Below the pieces are notes generated by a model. The model had not been told where the DNA came from. It did not search any database and was given only the letters and a program-made list of their open reading frames with translations. Of a stretch of 64,000 bases of DNA, positions 1-12,700 are shown piece after piece. Every line of letters starts with the position of its first letter. The first letter of the stretch is position 1. Source of the DNA: Callorhinchus milii (Eukaryota); assembly GCF_018977255.1 (NCBI RefSeq), contig NW_024704743.1, positions 82,214,001 through 82,278,000 of the forward strand, given 5' to 3'. A program made the position numbers and the translations under genes.

Positions 1-150
1 ATTATTACCCCTGCAAAATGATCCACCAATCGACTAACAAATGCTAGTTACTGCTAGGTAAGTGGAAGCATGTTGAGTAAGGAAACTTGCCTAAGGTTTT
101 GCCTTGCCCAGGCATCAAATCCGGGTGCTCTCGCTCATGAGGCAAGTAAC
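1..150 (-). mobile_element. tRNA-headed SINE, long subfamily, 5' part (cut by window edge)
   Basis: Reverse complement matches the head and extra internal segment of the copies at 36099, 44495 and 63055 (ggcaagtttccttactc...tacctagcagtaa...gttagtcgattgg). Confidence 0.8.
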
Positions 151-335
151 CAATATATTACAGGACGACACATGTATGGAAAACTTGCCATTGAAACCAT
201 TGTCTGGCAAGCTTTCCAGCTGGGACTACCCAACCCATAAAGACGTTAGTTTGCAGAGTTAACGGGAGCTGAGTGGGAAGAGTCCCTGTCACCAGTGACT
301 AGTCTGCCCTTCCAAGTCTTGCTGATGAATCAACC

Positions 336-465
336 TGGCTGTGCTGTCATGTTTCACCCACAAAATATACAGTCAATTTGCTTTACAATATATTCTGTGA
401 AGCGCTTTGAGACGTCTCGAAGATGTGATAAGGCGCTATATCAAATGCAAGGATTATTATTATTA
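336..465 (+). mobile_element. SINE 3' fragment
   Basis: cacaaaatatacagtcaatt...gaagcgctttgagacgtc...ggcgctatatcaaatgcaaggattattatt, the tail shared with full copies. Confidence 0.85.
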
Positions 466-896
466 ACAGAGTGCCCTGGTGTGCTGCGGACCCGCCTGGC
501 TCAGGAACTAGACCACCGAGACCGCCACTGAGGGCTGGCTCAATTCTGACATTCTGTTGCCAAACATGCCACCTGGAGCCAGTTCAGCTGGGTCTGCAAT
601 GGGTGGATTGCAGATACCAGGAACTCCCTGCGAGTTTCCTGATTGGAAACACAGCTCAGCGAGAAATGTGTGAGAGCTTTGGGAATACCTTCAACCTGTG
701 CACCTACAGACCTTTGCACCAATAATGATATCAGAGCCACTGTAATTCACCATTAAAGGTTTGTTGGTGTAAGCTAATTCTCTGCAACAACAACATCAAC
801 ACAAAATTACATTTATAGAGCACCTCTCACGTCGGGAGGATGTCCCAAGGCATTGGACAATCAAGGGTCAGCAACTGAAAGAACATGGAAGATACT

Positions 897-1050
897 AATA
901 ATAGCAATAATCCTTGCATTTGATATAGCGTTTTCACATCTTCTAGACGTTTCAAAGCGCTTCACAGAATATACTCTAAACTGAATTGACTGTATATTTT
1001 GTGGGCGAAATGCGGCAGCCAATTGCACACAGCAGTGTCCCAGATCACTT
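897..1050 (-). mobile_element. SINE 3' fragment
   Basis: aataatccttgcatttgatatagcg...gcggcagccaattgcacacagcagtgtccca, reverse complement of the family tail. Confidence 0.85.
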
Positions 1051-1257
1051 TTATAAATTACAAATTCTATCCAAACACACACTCTCCAGTCCTGCTGTGT
1101 GTTTCTCTGGTGACCTATATATATGTGTCTCTGTACTCAGATACATTTCTCATTCTGTTGCTTGGATCTCTTCCATCAAGGGAAAGAATTTTCAGTGATA
1201 CAAAAGAATTTTTAAATAATTCACACCACTGTACAAATTGGGAGCACGCATTTGAAA

Positions 1258-1470
1258 ATAATAATCCTTACATTTGATATAGTACCTTTCACATCATCAA
1301 GATGTCTCAACACGCTTCGTAAGATTTATTGCAAAGTGGAGTTTTTTTAAGGGATTGTGTATAATGCAGACAAACACAGGAGCCAATTGCGCACAGAAAT
1401 GTCCCACAAACAGCTGTGAAGTGAATGACCAATTTTATATAGGATTTTGGCCAGGATCTTGGTTTAACAT
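1258..1470 (-). mobile_element. Older DeuSINE-like SINE fragment
   Basis: Same tail plus gtcccacaaacagc..gtgaatgacc..ggccaggat..ggtttaacatc motifs seen in full copies (28352, 53270). Confidence 0.75.
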
Positions 1471-2425
1471 CTTATCTGCACCTTTTATAATATAGTGCTC
1501 CTTCAGCAGTAAGTACATTGCTTATTTTCCTAAATATTTCTTGGAAAGATATGTCTTGTTGCTGCCTGAAATTATATGTTATTAACATGTGCTGAAAAGT
1601 GGGATGGATCTTTTTGTCTCTGCAAACTCTTATGGAACCTAATGGACATAGCCACTTTGGTGTTGCCAAACACCATTTTGGCAACTTTGGGGAAGGGGGA
1701 GTTTGCGATATTTCTCTATTAAGAAATCCACAAGTCCATGACACCAACTCACAAGACGCCCACTCCAACTCAATCTATTTTCAGAGCGGGATTCCTTCCA
1801 GTCAGAAGGACAGATATCACATACGTCCAGTCACCAAAAGGAGTCACTACTCAAATTCCTTAATTTAAAAATATTGAATAAAAAATATGGCAAAATTGAC
1901 CCGTCATGTGTTTTAGGCTCAGTCGGTAGCCCTCGCACCTTTTGAATGATCAGATGGCTGTATAGGGGGCAGGTGAATATATTCTTTTAGGGGCAGCTGA
2001 GTAAATCTCAGTTAAAGGGTCGGGCCTCTTTAAGACTGGTGAGTTGTTGGCCAATCAGAGATGAGGACGCCCCGATGAGCAGCACCCTGGACCAGAAGTG
2101 GGCGGCACCATCAACGAGTTGGCAGAGGGACAAGAGCGGGTGCGCGGGTTGAGGCTCTGGTCCTCCCAAGTGCTAAGTGCTTTCCCCTGTCCTGAAGAGC
2201 TGTGGATAGATTTGGGGCTTTCAGCTCTTAGTCTCAGCCAGTGGGGGCCAACCTTTATGATCGGCCAAAAAACTAACTTTCTTGATTGAACATTTCTCGA
2301 TTTATGCCACAAATTAAGAAATATTCAATCAAGAAAAAACTGAAAACATATTACCAATGGAACACCAACTTATCAGGACTCATGGAGATGTTCGGGAGGG
2401 GTTCATGATGGCTCCAAAGGCCACT

Positions 2426-2647
2426 TAATAATCCCTCCAAAACAAAAAACAATAATAAATTGGTCACTTTCAATCCACGACTGTTTGTGGGACACTGCTG
2501 TGCGCAATTGGCTGCAGCGTTTTGCCCACAAATATACAGTCAATTCACTTTACAGCATATTTGTGAAGCGCTTTGAGACATCTAGAAGATGTGAAAAGCG
2601 CTATATCAAATGCTAGGATTATTATTATTATTATTATCATTATTATT
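2426..2647 (+). mobile_element. Young SINE, 5'-truncated
   Basis: taataatccctccaaaacaaaaaacaataataaattggtca...ggattattattatt, close to 36872-37089. Confidence 0.9.
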
Positions 2648-3919
2648 GTGGACCACAGGTTGATCACCCATTGGTTCAGGCTGACACACCAGTGCAATGC
2701 TGGAGCAGTGTTGCAATGTGATGCATTGTATTCATTGCATTGACCTGCTCATTTTAAATTATTTTTTCTTAAAGCGTTCTGCTTTGTCATATCACCCACC
2801 ATTTTTGAATGTAATAGAATCATCAGGCTGGGTTTAACAACTTGGACTAGCTGGGCTTTTCAGCAATGGAATCCAAGGACAACTATAGAATGGAGCCAAC
2901 AAAAGTTAAAAAAATGACAAGACGTCTTCGGGATTCAACCATTTCCCTTTTATGTGTGGTAAATGAAAATCACAACTCCATAAATGTACTTATTAAAGGA
3001 TGTTGGGGGCCTAAATATCCCCCTTATACAAACTATTCTGAGAAAAACAAATGCATATGTTGGGAACCAGGGACCAATACAAAAAAGAACTAGCCAAAAT
3101 ATACTTGTTCAGAAAAAAAACCTTTCTGGATTGTAACAGTTCCATTTTTACGTACTGCATGTGTTCCAAGGGCAAAATAACAAGCACTCCAGAATGCAAA
3201 ACAGGTTTCTCAGTGGAGGAACGAATGGGGTTACCTTGACAACCAAAACTCCAGTCGCGACCATCTACTTAAAATCATCCTAAGCTTAAAAAAATGCTTT
3301 TGTCTAAATTAGAGTTTGACTTGCAAAGCACTTCCATTTTAGTTAGTAATTATAATGCAGAGTCTGTAATAACGCAAACATAATGATGTTACTGTGGCAA
3401 AAGCACTGGAAGGATCATTGCCAGTTGCCAGTGAGCATCACTGAGCTGCATTATGAGCGTTTCCCCCCCACCAGTTTTGTGTAAGGAGAGACAAAAAACG
3501 CTTGAGTCCTTTTTTTCTGCATGTTTATATAATTAGACAAGATGTTTCGTTTCAATAACATTTCCATATGTAATTTATTCAGATAATCACAAACAGACGT
3601 GACTTGTGATAAAGTCACTGTCCTCCCGATGTGAAAGATACTATACAAATGTAATTTGTTGTTGTTGGTATTGATGTGAGTGCCAGAAACGTGCGTTCTT
3701 TTCATCTGATCAGCAAAGACTGGCTGTGAAATTAAGGGAATCACTTTATGATGACTCAGGCCTGATACACAAGCATCACCAGCACTGACACTAAGGGTAT
3801 AGTACTGATCAGAATCTATTTTGTGGCATAAGTGGGGTGCTCAGGCTTTAGGGTCAGTGCAGAGGAGAGCAGTGAGGTCGATCCACAGTGTTTAAAGAAA
3901 TGAACTATCAGTAATGATT

Positions 3920-4298
3920 AGACTAGCTCGGGCTCTTCAGTCTTAAGAGAAGACAACTCAGAGATGACCCTGTAGTGGTGTAAAACATTTTAAATGGGAT
4001 TGACAAAGTTAACCCAGAACAATACTTTAGAATGCACCAAAACAGTAGAACAAGAGAACACAGGTTTAGAGTTACAAAATGCAATTTCAAGACAGACACC
4101 AGCAAGTTTTTCCTTACCCCGAGAGTAATTAACAACTGGAGCAGATTGCCAGAAAGGATAATTGAGTTCAGGCAATGGACTAATTTATAAAATGACCTAA
4201 TAATATGATGGAGAGCAGTAGGGTAGGTATTCTGTAAGGATGAAATCAGATGGGCTGAAGGGTCTTCTTCATCTGAACTAATATTGTGATATTGTTAT
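3920..4298 (+). mobile_element. CR1 LINE 3' fragment (degenerate ORF2 C-terminus plus 3'UTR)
   Basis: Translates to LGLFSLKRRQLRDD...NGIDKVNPEQYF...RTREHRF...FFLTPRVINNW with stops, typical of the CR1 ORF2 end; followed by gatgggctgaagggtcttct 3'UTR. Paralogous to 17410-17808. Confidence 0.8.
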
Positions 4299-4439
4299 TA
4301 ATTCCCACATTGATTTAACAGCAGACACAATCTTCCATCAGCTTGCTTAAGATTTTCCAAACCAGATGGTGAGAAGCACAGCAGAAACTTCAAATGGTAC
4401 TGCTGCTTATATTTTGGATGCTAAAGGATGATGAAAACA

Positions 4440-4675
4440 ACATAATAATCCTTACATTTCATATAGCGTCTTATCACATTGTTGAGACGTCCGAAAACGC
4501 TTCACATGATTTTATGTAAACTGCAGTGACAGTGTATTTTATAGGCAAATGCACACAGCAGCCAATATGCACACACCATGTCCCCCAAACAGCCATGAAG
4601 TGAATTACCAATTTTATGTGGAGGATTGTTGGCCAAGACACTGGGAAAAACTCCTTTCTCTTTTCGACTAGTGCC
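4440..4675 (-). mobile_element. DeuSINE-like SINE fragment
   Basis: Tail plus aaacagccatgaagtgaat..ggattgttggccaagacactgggaaaaactcc body motif. Confidence 0.8.
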
Positions 4676-5692
4676 AACAGTACAAACATCGTACAACCGG
4701 GAAGGCTCAAAAACATTCTAAGGCTCGTCATTTTTGAAAGGTGCCAGTGGAGACCCAAGAGACAATGCACTCTACATAGGCAATAACACAGTATCATTTC
4801 ACAGGCTGAACATGGCATTTCCGAATGGTAGCTGCAAAATACATGAACTGAGAGAATGTGCTTTTCATGTCATTTATTGATTTCTGGCGGCAGGCATTAG
4901 TAATAAAACCATATTCATTTTGGCCTAAGTAATCCTTAATAGGATGGCTAATGGGCTGTGTATTATTTACTTCTCTGTGTAAAGTAAATTGCCCCTCATG
5001 CAATCAGGCAATCTCACCGAGGACACTTCCCATGGGTTTGTCCAGCTGAGGCGGATGTGACTGCTGGCAGATTAAGTCCTGGCATTGCACTGCTATTCAT
5101 TAATGGAACCCAATAGTTCTGTAAAAGAAGCAAGCGCATTGAGCTACCTACTTTCAGTGCCAAAAATGCTGGATGTCCAAACAATTAAGTGGAACAATGC
5201 TAAACACATTACAGAACTGAAGTAAAAACAATATGTTTCATATCTAGAACATACAGGGCGAGCTTTCGCAAGATTCTTATTGGAAACAAGGTATTGAAGA
5301 ATCCACGGGTTTTTCTGCCATTATCACAGTGCTCAGTGCTTTTTTTAAAAGTCTGTGAATAAGAAACTGACAATTGGGATTCCATGAAATTAATTCTCTT
5401 CTGGAGAGGAATTCACAGTCTTCTGGAAGCCGATGCATGAAGGATATTTCGATTATAAGATCTTTGTTGATTTTACATCTTAGCGTTACAGTAATGCTGT
5501 TCCTTCTGGTCCCAATGGCTCCAGGTCACTTTAGACATCTTCACTTTCTCCCTGACCTCCTTATCCCAAACCAGTAAGAAGAAAAGCAGACATTCCTCCT
5601 TACATGTAATGGACTTTTCCATTTCACTCATCTATTTTCCATGTGTTCGTGGCATATAATGTGGAATTTTCAGTCTGGTTTGAATACTTCCC

Positions 5693-6020
5693 TACAATAC
5701 AATACAATTTTACATTATATAGTGCCTTTCACATCAGGAGGACCATCCAAGGCACAGGATAACCCAGGGTTTGTTCCCGAAATGGAAATGGAGGCAAAGA
5801 GGGTGAGGGGGGGAAGACGGTCGAAAGTGCAGTCAAAGAGGAAGATCTTCAGGTGGACCTTGAAAGACGTGAGGAAGGGAACGAGTTGAAGGTACTCTGG
5901 GATGGAGTTCCAGAGAGTGGGGGCAGATATGCTGAAATCCTCACTGCTGATGGTGAAGAGGATGAAACAGGATGTTAAACAGGTCAGTGCCTGATAAGCA
6001 GAGGGAGCGGTTGGGTGGGA
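5693..6020 (-). mobile_element. Old L2 LINE 3' fragment
   Basis: Tail tatagtgcctttcacatcaggaggac followed by gtcaaagaggaag...gatggagttccagagagtgggggca, homologous to the L2 3' end at 31430-31760. Confidence 0.75.
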
Positions 6021-6530
6021 ACTCTTTGAGTATTTGGAGATTTAATGGGGTGGATATAAAAGTTAAGCATAGATTTCCACATGTGTCAGACACCTGGCTG
6101 ATCAAAAAAAATTCTCCCATGTTGGATTCACATTAGTGGGGTGGTGGTGGGGACCTAGGGTTAGGGTGCCTCTCAGAATTTAATCTTTTCTTTATCTAAT
6201 TACTGAACTAAATCCTTCCACAAGGACACTGGCACGTTAAAGTATGCCATACATTGTACAATAAATCCCTGAGAACTCATCAATACAGAGGAAAGAGTTC
6301 AGTGACAAGTTATCCAGTGAGCATATGTATAAATACATAAATAAATCCAGCCAGGATATTGACAGTATAATGACTTAAGTGGTAGTGAAAATTAAGGACG
6401 GGTTGAGTTATTATGAGTTTACTCTATTATACACATACGCTGATCGCTAACTGTTCACTGCAAATTTGTGAATGGTAATTCCCATCCCATGCGTGTGTGG
6501 ATGTTTGAGAAAAGCTGCAATGAATTTGTG

Positions 6531-6710
6531 AACATAAGAACATAAGAATTTGCTAAGCAAAAGAAGAGCAAGGTCCATCTAGTTCGCCTTCCACCATCCT
6601 GGCAGTCGCTTGACATGATATGTCCAAAACTGTATCTTGAGATATTATTTTCTAATATGACCCCCATAGTGGCTTGTTTGCCAAACATTCACTCTCTGAA
6701 CTCACACATG
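6531..6710 (-). mobile_element. CR1 LINE 3' end
   Basis: aacataagaacataaga tandem 8-mer terminus followed by aggtccatctag, characteristic of CR1 3' ends. Confidence 0.6.
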
Positions 6711-6963
6711 AAGAATATGTGAGATGTCATTCCCCAGCAGATATCAGCATTTTCAAGAGAGGAAGAGAATTGGAAGAAACAAATGCTGTCTATTAAAGTC
6801 CTGGAACCTAAGCTCTTGGCAATGTGTGAAGATGGTTCGGTCAATGTGCCAGAATACTTTAGTATTACTGAGATCTCTGATGGTTTCTGAGATTTCTGCT
6901 TTATAATTTTCCTTCAATTTCACCCCCCAAATTTTTAAGGATATCGTTCTTCAAAGCATAAAA

Positions 6964-7495
6964 AATAATAATCCTTTTGCATTTGGTACACCGCCTTTCA
7001 CGCGTCGAAGTTCTTCACAGGATGTAGTGTAAAGCGAAGTGACTGTGTACTTGTATGCTGTAGCCAATGTGTGCTTTAGCCAATTTGTGCAAGCAATGTC
7101 CCACAAACAGCCATGAAGTGAATGACAAACTTTATTTGGGGGATTGTTGTTGGCCAGGACACCAGAAACTCTCTTTACTTTTCAAATAGTGCGTAGGATC
7201 TTTTATGTCCACCTGAACAGGGAGACAGGACTTTGGTTCAACAATTCATCTGAAGGATGACACCTTTTTCCATGCAGCACTGGGCTAAAGAATCAGCTTA
7301 AACCATAGAGCTCCAATTTCCAACATGAGATTCAAATCCACAATAATAATAATCTTTACATTTGATGTAGCACCTCATCACGTTTTCAAAACGTCTCAGA
7401 GCACTTCACATGATATACTGTAAAGTGGACTAACTGTATATTTTCGTAGGCAAAACGCATCAGTCAATTGCGCACAGCAGTGTCCCACAAACAAT
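6964..7495 (-). mobile_element. DeuSINE-like SINE (6964-7341) abutting a second SINE 3' fragment (7342-7495)
   Basis: Deu-like body (ggatcttttatgtccacctgaacag...) and two separate (AAT)n tails. Confidence 0.8.
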
Positions 7496-7542
7496 CTTCT
7501 GATTTAGGGGCAAGAGGGCTACTGACTGAGCCAGGCTGGCAT

Positions 7543-7690
7543 ATACAAACACAAACACACACACATACACACATATGCATATACAAACACTAAAACATCC
7601 ACAAACATGCACTCACAAACATACATACATCTACAAACACATATGCACATACACAAAACCACATATACAAGAACACACACACACATATGT
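7543..7690. repeat. Degenerate (CA)n/(CATA)n microsatellite
   Basis: Directly visible. Confidence 0.9.
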
Positions 7691-8519
7691 ATCCTGATGT
7701 CCTGGCTAAATTCCTCCTTCAATCAAAATTCACACAAACAGATTAAATGTTGTCATTGAATTCACTTTTATTGCTGTTTTGAATTGCTGCACATAATGTG
7801 CATAATCTATATAATGTGTCACTATATTGCAAAGTAATTCAGTGTTTAGACCAATATGAGATGTTTCAACATAATGAAGTGCTATTTCAAAATAAGTATT
7901 ATTATTTTATTATTATTTCGATAGAGTTATGTGTAACATAGGCTTCTTTTCGTGAGATAACTTGATGAACACAATCCACCCAGTTTGTTTAAACCAGTAG
8001 GTTGCAATGTGACTCTGTATATACATGGAATCAGTCCTGTATGAATTTATTTGGAACTCATTTATATTGGCCACTAAAGCTAGTTTCTTTCCACTTTGAG
8101 GCATGCCTTGCCAAAATCAAATGGTCACAAATAACTATTATTCTGAAGGATTTGTCTAATTTTACACAATTTAGTGAATACTCTTACAAATTCCTCTTGT
8201 ATTTAAGTGTGGCAGACTTAGCCAAAATCTCATTCTAAGCACATGTTGTCAAAGTTGTTTCACCTAGCAGCAGGAAGCATTTCAGCCCATAAGTACCTCG
8301 GGTCTGTGCAATTAAAAAGGAGCAACAGTCATTAAACGCGTGATGCAACTCAAGCACCCATTTATTTGTGAACACATTTTATAGTGAACCAATATTTTAT
8401 TTGACTGTTAAAATACACTGTACATCCATTTCAGTTCAATGAATTGGTTTTTAAACATGTTCCTTTAAACTGAACAACTCTCTTTCTCTGGAGTTTCTAT
8501 TTAAAGCATTTAAACTAGC

Positions 8520-8745
8520 AAAATTGCTCATTTTGTGACTGCATTTTGTAGCAAACACAGAAGCCAATTTGTGCCCAGTAATGTGCCACAACTGCCATAA
8601 CATGAATTTTATAAGAAGGATTGTTGGCCAGGACTTGGGGAGAAACTCCCTTCTCTTTTTGAATAGTATCACAGAATCTTTAACATCCACCTGAACATGC
8701 AGATGGGATCTCAGTTTAACATCTCATACAAAAGACGGCAGCAGT
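8520..8745 (-). mobile_element. DeuSINE-like SINE fragment
   Basis: ggattgttggccaggac..agaaactcccttctc..gaatctttaacatccacctgaac..gtttaacatctca..aagacggca. Confidence 0.8.
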
Positions 8746-9511
8746 TCTGTTATGCACCACGGGCCATTTGACAGAAATAAAACGCACAACAGGAACTGCA
8801 TGTCCAGTTCCTTCAGTTCAGCAGCTTCTGGGTTCTGACTGCAGATCTGGTCTGCAGTGTGGGTAAGTATAAAAGCCAATGACATATGGCCTGACCAGTC
8901 ATATCTCCTTGCTCTTCTTCAAAATAGGAATCTTGAATCTGGGACATGATCTCAGTTTAATGTCTCATCCAAACAACAGTATCATTAAATGGATATTGTT
9001 GGAGCCTAAATTGTGTGCTGAAATACTAGAGTGGGATTCAAGCACAAAGCCTTTTCAGCAAAAATACTCCAACAAAGCCAAACTGACACACATGAAGTAA
9101 ATACGCGCTATTACTTTAGAATCCTAAAGAGTCCACAGATCGTGCTGATTCAAGAAGATTTTTCTACTGAACCGACACACAATCAGTGTAAGTTTGGGGA
9201 TATCCTGTCACATCTGGCTGACTAATAAAAGGCTGCTACTACCCTCTATGAAACAAATATCATCGCCACTTCATTCTACAAGGTGACCACTATTCTATAA
9301 GCCTCCCTTGTCAACGCAGTCACAACCATCCCCAAGACCATTCCACATCATTACTTTCCTTTACAAGAATAAACTGTATGAAAAAACTCAAAAAGATCAG
9401 CTTCTGTTGAGTTTCTGGTGAGATCTATGGTGCTTGCAGCCACCAAAAAACTATGATTTACTCTTTGGGGTAAAACACTGTAATATTTTTAAATGCAAAT
9501 GAAGACAAGGG

Positions 9512-9832
9512 AATAATAATAATCCTTGCATTTGATATAGCGCTTTTCACGTCGGGAGGACGTCCCAAAGCGCTTCACAGAACACACTGTAAAGTGAATT
9601 GACTGTATATTTGTGGGCGAACGCGGCAGCCAATTGCGCACAGCAATGTCCCACAAACAGTCGTAGATTGAAAATGACCAATTTCTTATTGTTTTTGGTT
9701 TTTTTGGAGGGATTATTATTAGGCTCTGTGTGGAGTAAGGAAACTTGCCCAAGGTTTCGCCCTGCCTCGAATTGAACTCAGGTCTCTCGCTTGCAAAGCG
9801 AGTGCTCTAACCACTGAGCTACAGGACTCCAC
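9512..9832 (-). mobile_element. Young full-length tRNA(Ala)-like SINE, short subfamily
   Basis: Reverse complement nearly identical to 36759-37089; A/B boxes, L2-type tail and (ATT)n. Confidence 0.95.
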
Positions 9833-11447
9833 GAGTCCAATAAGTTAACTAACCACACAAATGTTAATTAACCCTTAATGCTTTCCCATAAGTTTTGAAA
9901 CTATAACATTTCTTATAGAGAATCCATTCCTTTGTCTAATCTTCCTCTCTTCTGTTTACACCAGATGGCACTGTATGCCAGAAAACATTGGTAAATATAC
10001 AAGGCGATCTAATAACCTCAGTAAGAGTGCTCACATGAGATAAAACAGCAAAAATACTGCCCTTGGTTTGCACAAAAAATACCAAACACCCCTGATGAAT
10101 TGCAACATTTGCCTGCAAATACACAGTCATTACACTTGCCCATGAAGTGCTTTGAATCATTACAGTTGCTATATCAAATGCAAGGATTATTATTGTTCGC
10201 GTTTAAAGAAGGTGAGCTGTGAAAGGCAGAGGAGCGCACAAAATTAACGAAATTAGGAGAGTGGGTTATCATATATAGATAACAACACCAATCATTTAAT
10301 TTATAACCATGCAATAACTTGCTGTTACATAGGCCTTTCACGTAGTTAAATGTCTTAAAGCACTTTACAGAAATGGCATGAGAGCACCCATCAGCAAACA
10401 CATTCATCTGCAGAACTAGGGTATTTAAAGTTTACTTTAGATCAGAGAAAACTTCAGATATAGCTACATAGTATGAATTCTGTTGCCCTTAAGTCAGCTT
10501 TATGAGGCTTTTAACCAATTCTCTCAAACTGCACACTATTGTGCTACCTCGTGCATCTAAATAAAACTGGATTAAAAGTTTTTAAAAATTTTGAAAACTG
10601 GACCTTTGAAAATTTGAAGAAGCTGGATTTGCTGAACTCCGGTCCAGCCTGCACTGAATTCTGCAATCGACTTAGAGCTCTGGGATTAGGTTCCATCACC
10701 GGGAAGGATGCCAGTCGTTTACTCCCACAATGGGAGCTACAACTTCATGACTTCAACTGAAAGATGTGAGTGGAGCAGCCTGGCTGGGAGACCAACCATT
10801 TCCATCAGGTTGTTGGCAACGGTACATGAGGCTGACCTAATATATATTGTATAAAATATGCATGATCTTATCTATCTGTCGCTGGACTTCTTTTCAGTAA
10901 TAATTCTTGGGTACGATATAAAGCGATATTGTGCATTTTTTTCTTGCTTGTAAAGTTTGCATAAAAGTCCATAATTTAAATGGAGCCATAACTATGAATA
11001 ACTGACTGTTTAATGGAATGCCAATTTTAAAAGTATTGTAAAAGAGCAATTTCTTTTTATTTTCCAAATATGCCTGTTCCAAGTTATAGTGTGTGCCGGG
11101 AAATTTATGTTCATGCAAAAGGGCAAGAGCTCAGAGGATGCAAATGCTCCTTTTGAATACTTAATGCCATTTCAGCCATGTCTTCACTTATCCACATGCA
11201 GTTTTTAGCACAATGGCAAGGCTTTCAACAATTGAGGTTTGCAGAACAGGAAACTCAGATGGGAAACCAGAGCAGAACTTAGCTAACAGAATAACAAATA
11301 TCAAAGTCTGAATGAAAATGATCAAAAATACATATTGCACATGAGCTGAGAGTGCTTGATGACATTATCCTACGTGAAGGACACTGTATAAATGCACAAT
11401 ATGATAAGGTGGTTGTTTCTGGGTGTCCCAAATGCACTAATGTTCCT

Positions 11448-12320
11448 TATCTCATAGCCTTGCAAAATTTTCCTTTTAAAGTATATATCCAATTCCCTTT
11501 TGAAAGTTATTATTGAATCTGCTTCCGCCACCCTTTCAAGTGCTGCATTCCAGAACCTAACAACTCGTTGCATTAAAAAAATTCTCCTCATCTCCCCTCT
11601 GCTTCTTTTGCCAATTATCTTAAATTATCTTAAATCTGCGACCGCTGGTTACCAATCTACCTGCCAGTGGAAACAATTTTTCCTTATTTACTCTGTCAAA
11701 ACCCCGCAGAATTTTGAACACCTCTATTAAATTTCCTCTTAATCTTCTCTGTTGTATGGGGAATAATCCCAGTTTCTCTAGTCTCTCCACATAACTGATG
11801 TTTCAGATTGCATTAAGGCTAAATTGGCGATTGGACATTGACAATGAGAAGCAAGCAGGAAGCATAAAATGATTCTGGGAAAGTGACTGGGCAGAGTGTT
11901 GAAGAGAGTGGAAGTGTAAGGTTGAAATAAAGGAACTAGTGAATATAAACTGGGTTTTGGATTTACAAACATTATGGTTTTGAGGTGAGGGAAAAAAATA
12001 GAGAGAGAGGGGGGTCTTATATCAGGCTAGGCCTGAGAGGAGACCGGAAAAAGGACGGGCAAAAGCCTGGGTTGTGGATTGACAAATAATATAACTAAAT
12101 TCCCTCATCCTTGGTACCATTCTAGTAAATCTCCTTTGCACCCTCTCCAAGGTCTTAACATCCTTCCAAGGTCTTAACATCCTTGCCCAGATTGTACACA
12201 ATATTCCAACTGAAGCGTAATCAGTGATTTCTAAAGTGATTCATTACTCTCAGTTTAGCATTACTTCCTTGCTTTTGTATTCTAAGTCTCTGTTTATAAA
12301 GCCAAGGATCCCATATGTTT
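11448..12320 (-). mobile_element. CR1 LINE fragment in two pieces (about 11448-11795 and 12100-12320)
   Basis: ORF track 11370..11591 gives RRIFLMQRVVRFWNA..VAEADSIITFKRELDIYF (CR1 ORF2 C-terminus); ccttggtaccattctagtaaatctcc in the second piece continues CR1. About 300 bp of other sequence intervenes. Confidence 0.8.
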
Positions 12321-12419
12321 AAAAGATAGAAATGCATAAGGGTGTCCTAGCAAATGTTGTCTTGAAACTAGCATTAGCTGGTGATGAGTGTATGCAGTAT
12401 GTAATTACATGTGCACATG

Positions 12420-12700
12420 ATATAATAATTCTTGCATTTAATATCACATTGAAATGTCTCAAAAAGCTTCACAGAGTTTACTGTAAAGTGTAGTGACTGT
12501 GTATATTGTAGGCAAACATAGTAGCTAATTTGTGCACAGTGATGTCCCACAAACAGCCATGATGTGCTTGACATATTTTTTGATCTGGGGGATTATAAAT
12601 CAGGACACCGGGAGAAGCTCCCTTCTCTTTTGAATAGTGCGATGGGATCTTTAACATCCACTTGAACAGGCAGATGGGACCACGGGTTAACATCTCATCT
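12420..12700 (-). mobile_element. DeuSINE-like SINE fragment
   Basis: caggacaccgggagaagctcc..gatgggatctttaacatccacttgaacaggcagatggg body plus tail. Confidence 0.85.

Noticed and set aside
3235..3264. MVATG.. as the DDIT4L N-terminus
   Set aside because: Only a five-residue match from memory; downstream sequence does not continue the similarity.
12147..12184. 19-bp tandem duplication (similar small ones at ~13313 and ~46363)
   Set aside because: Ordinary slippage duplications, mostly within decayed repeats; no sign of function.
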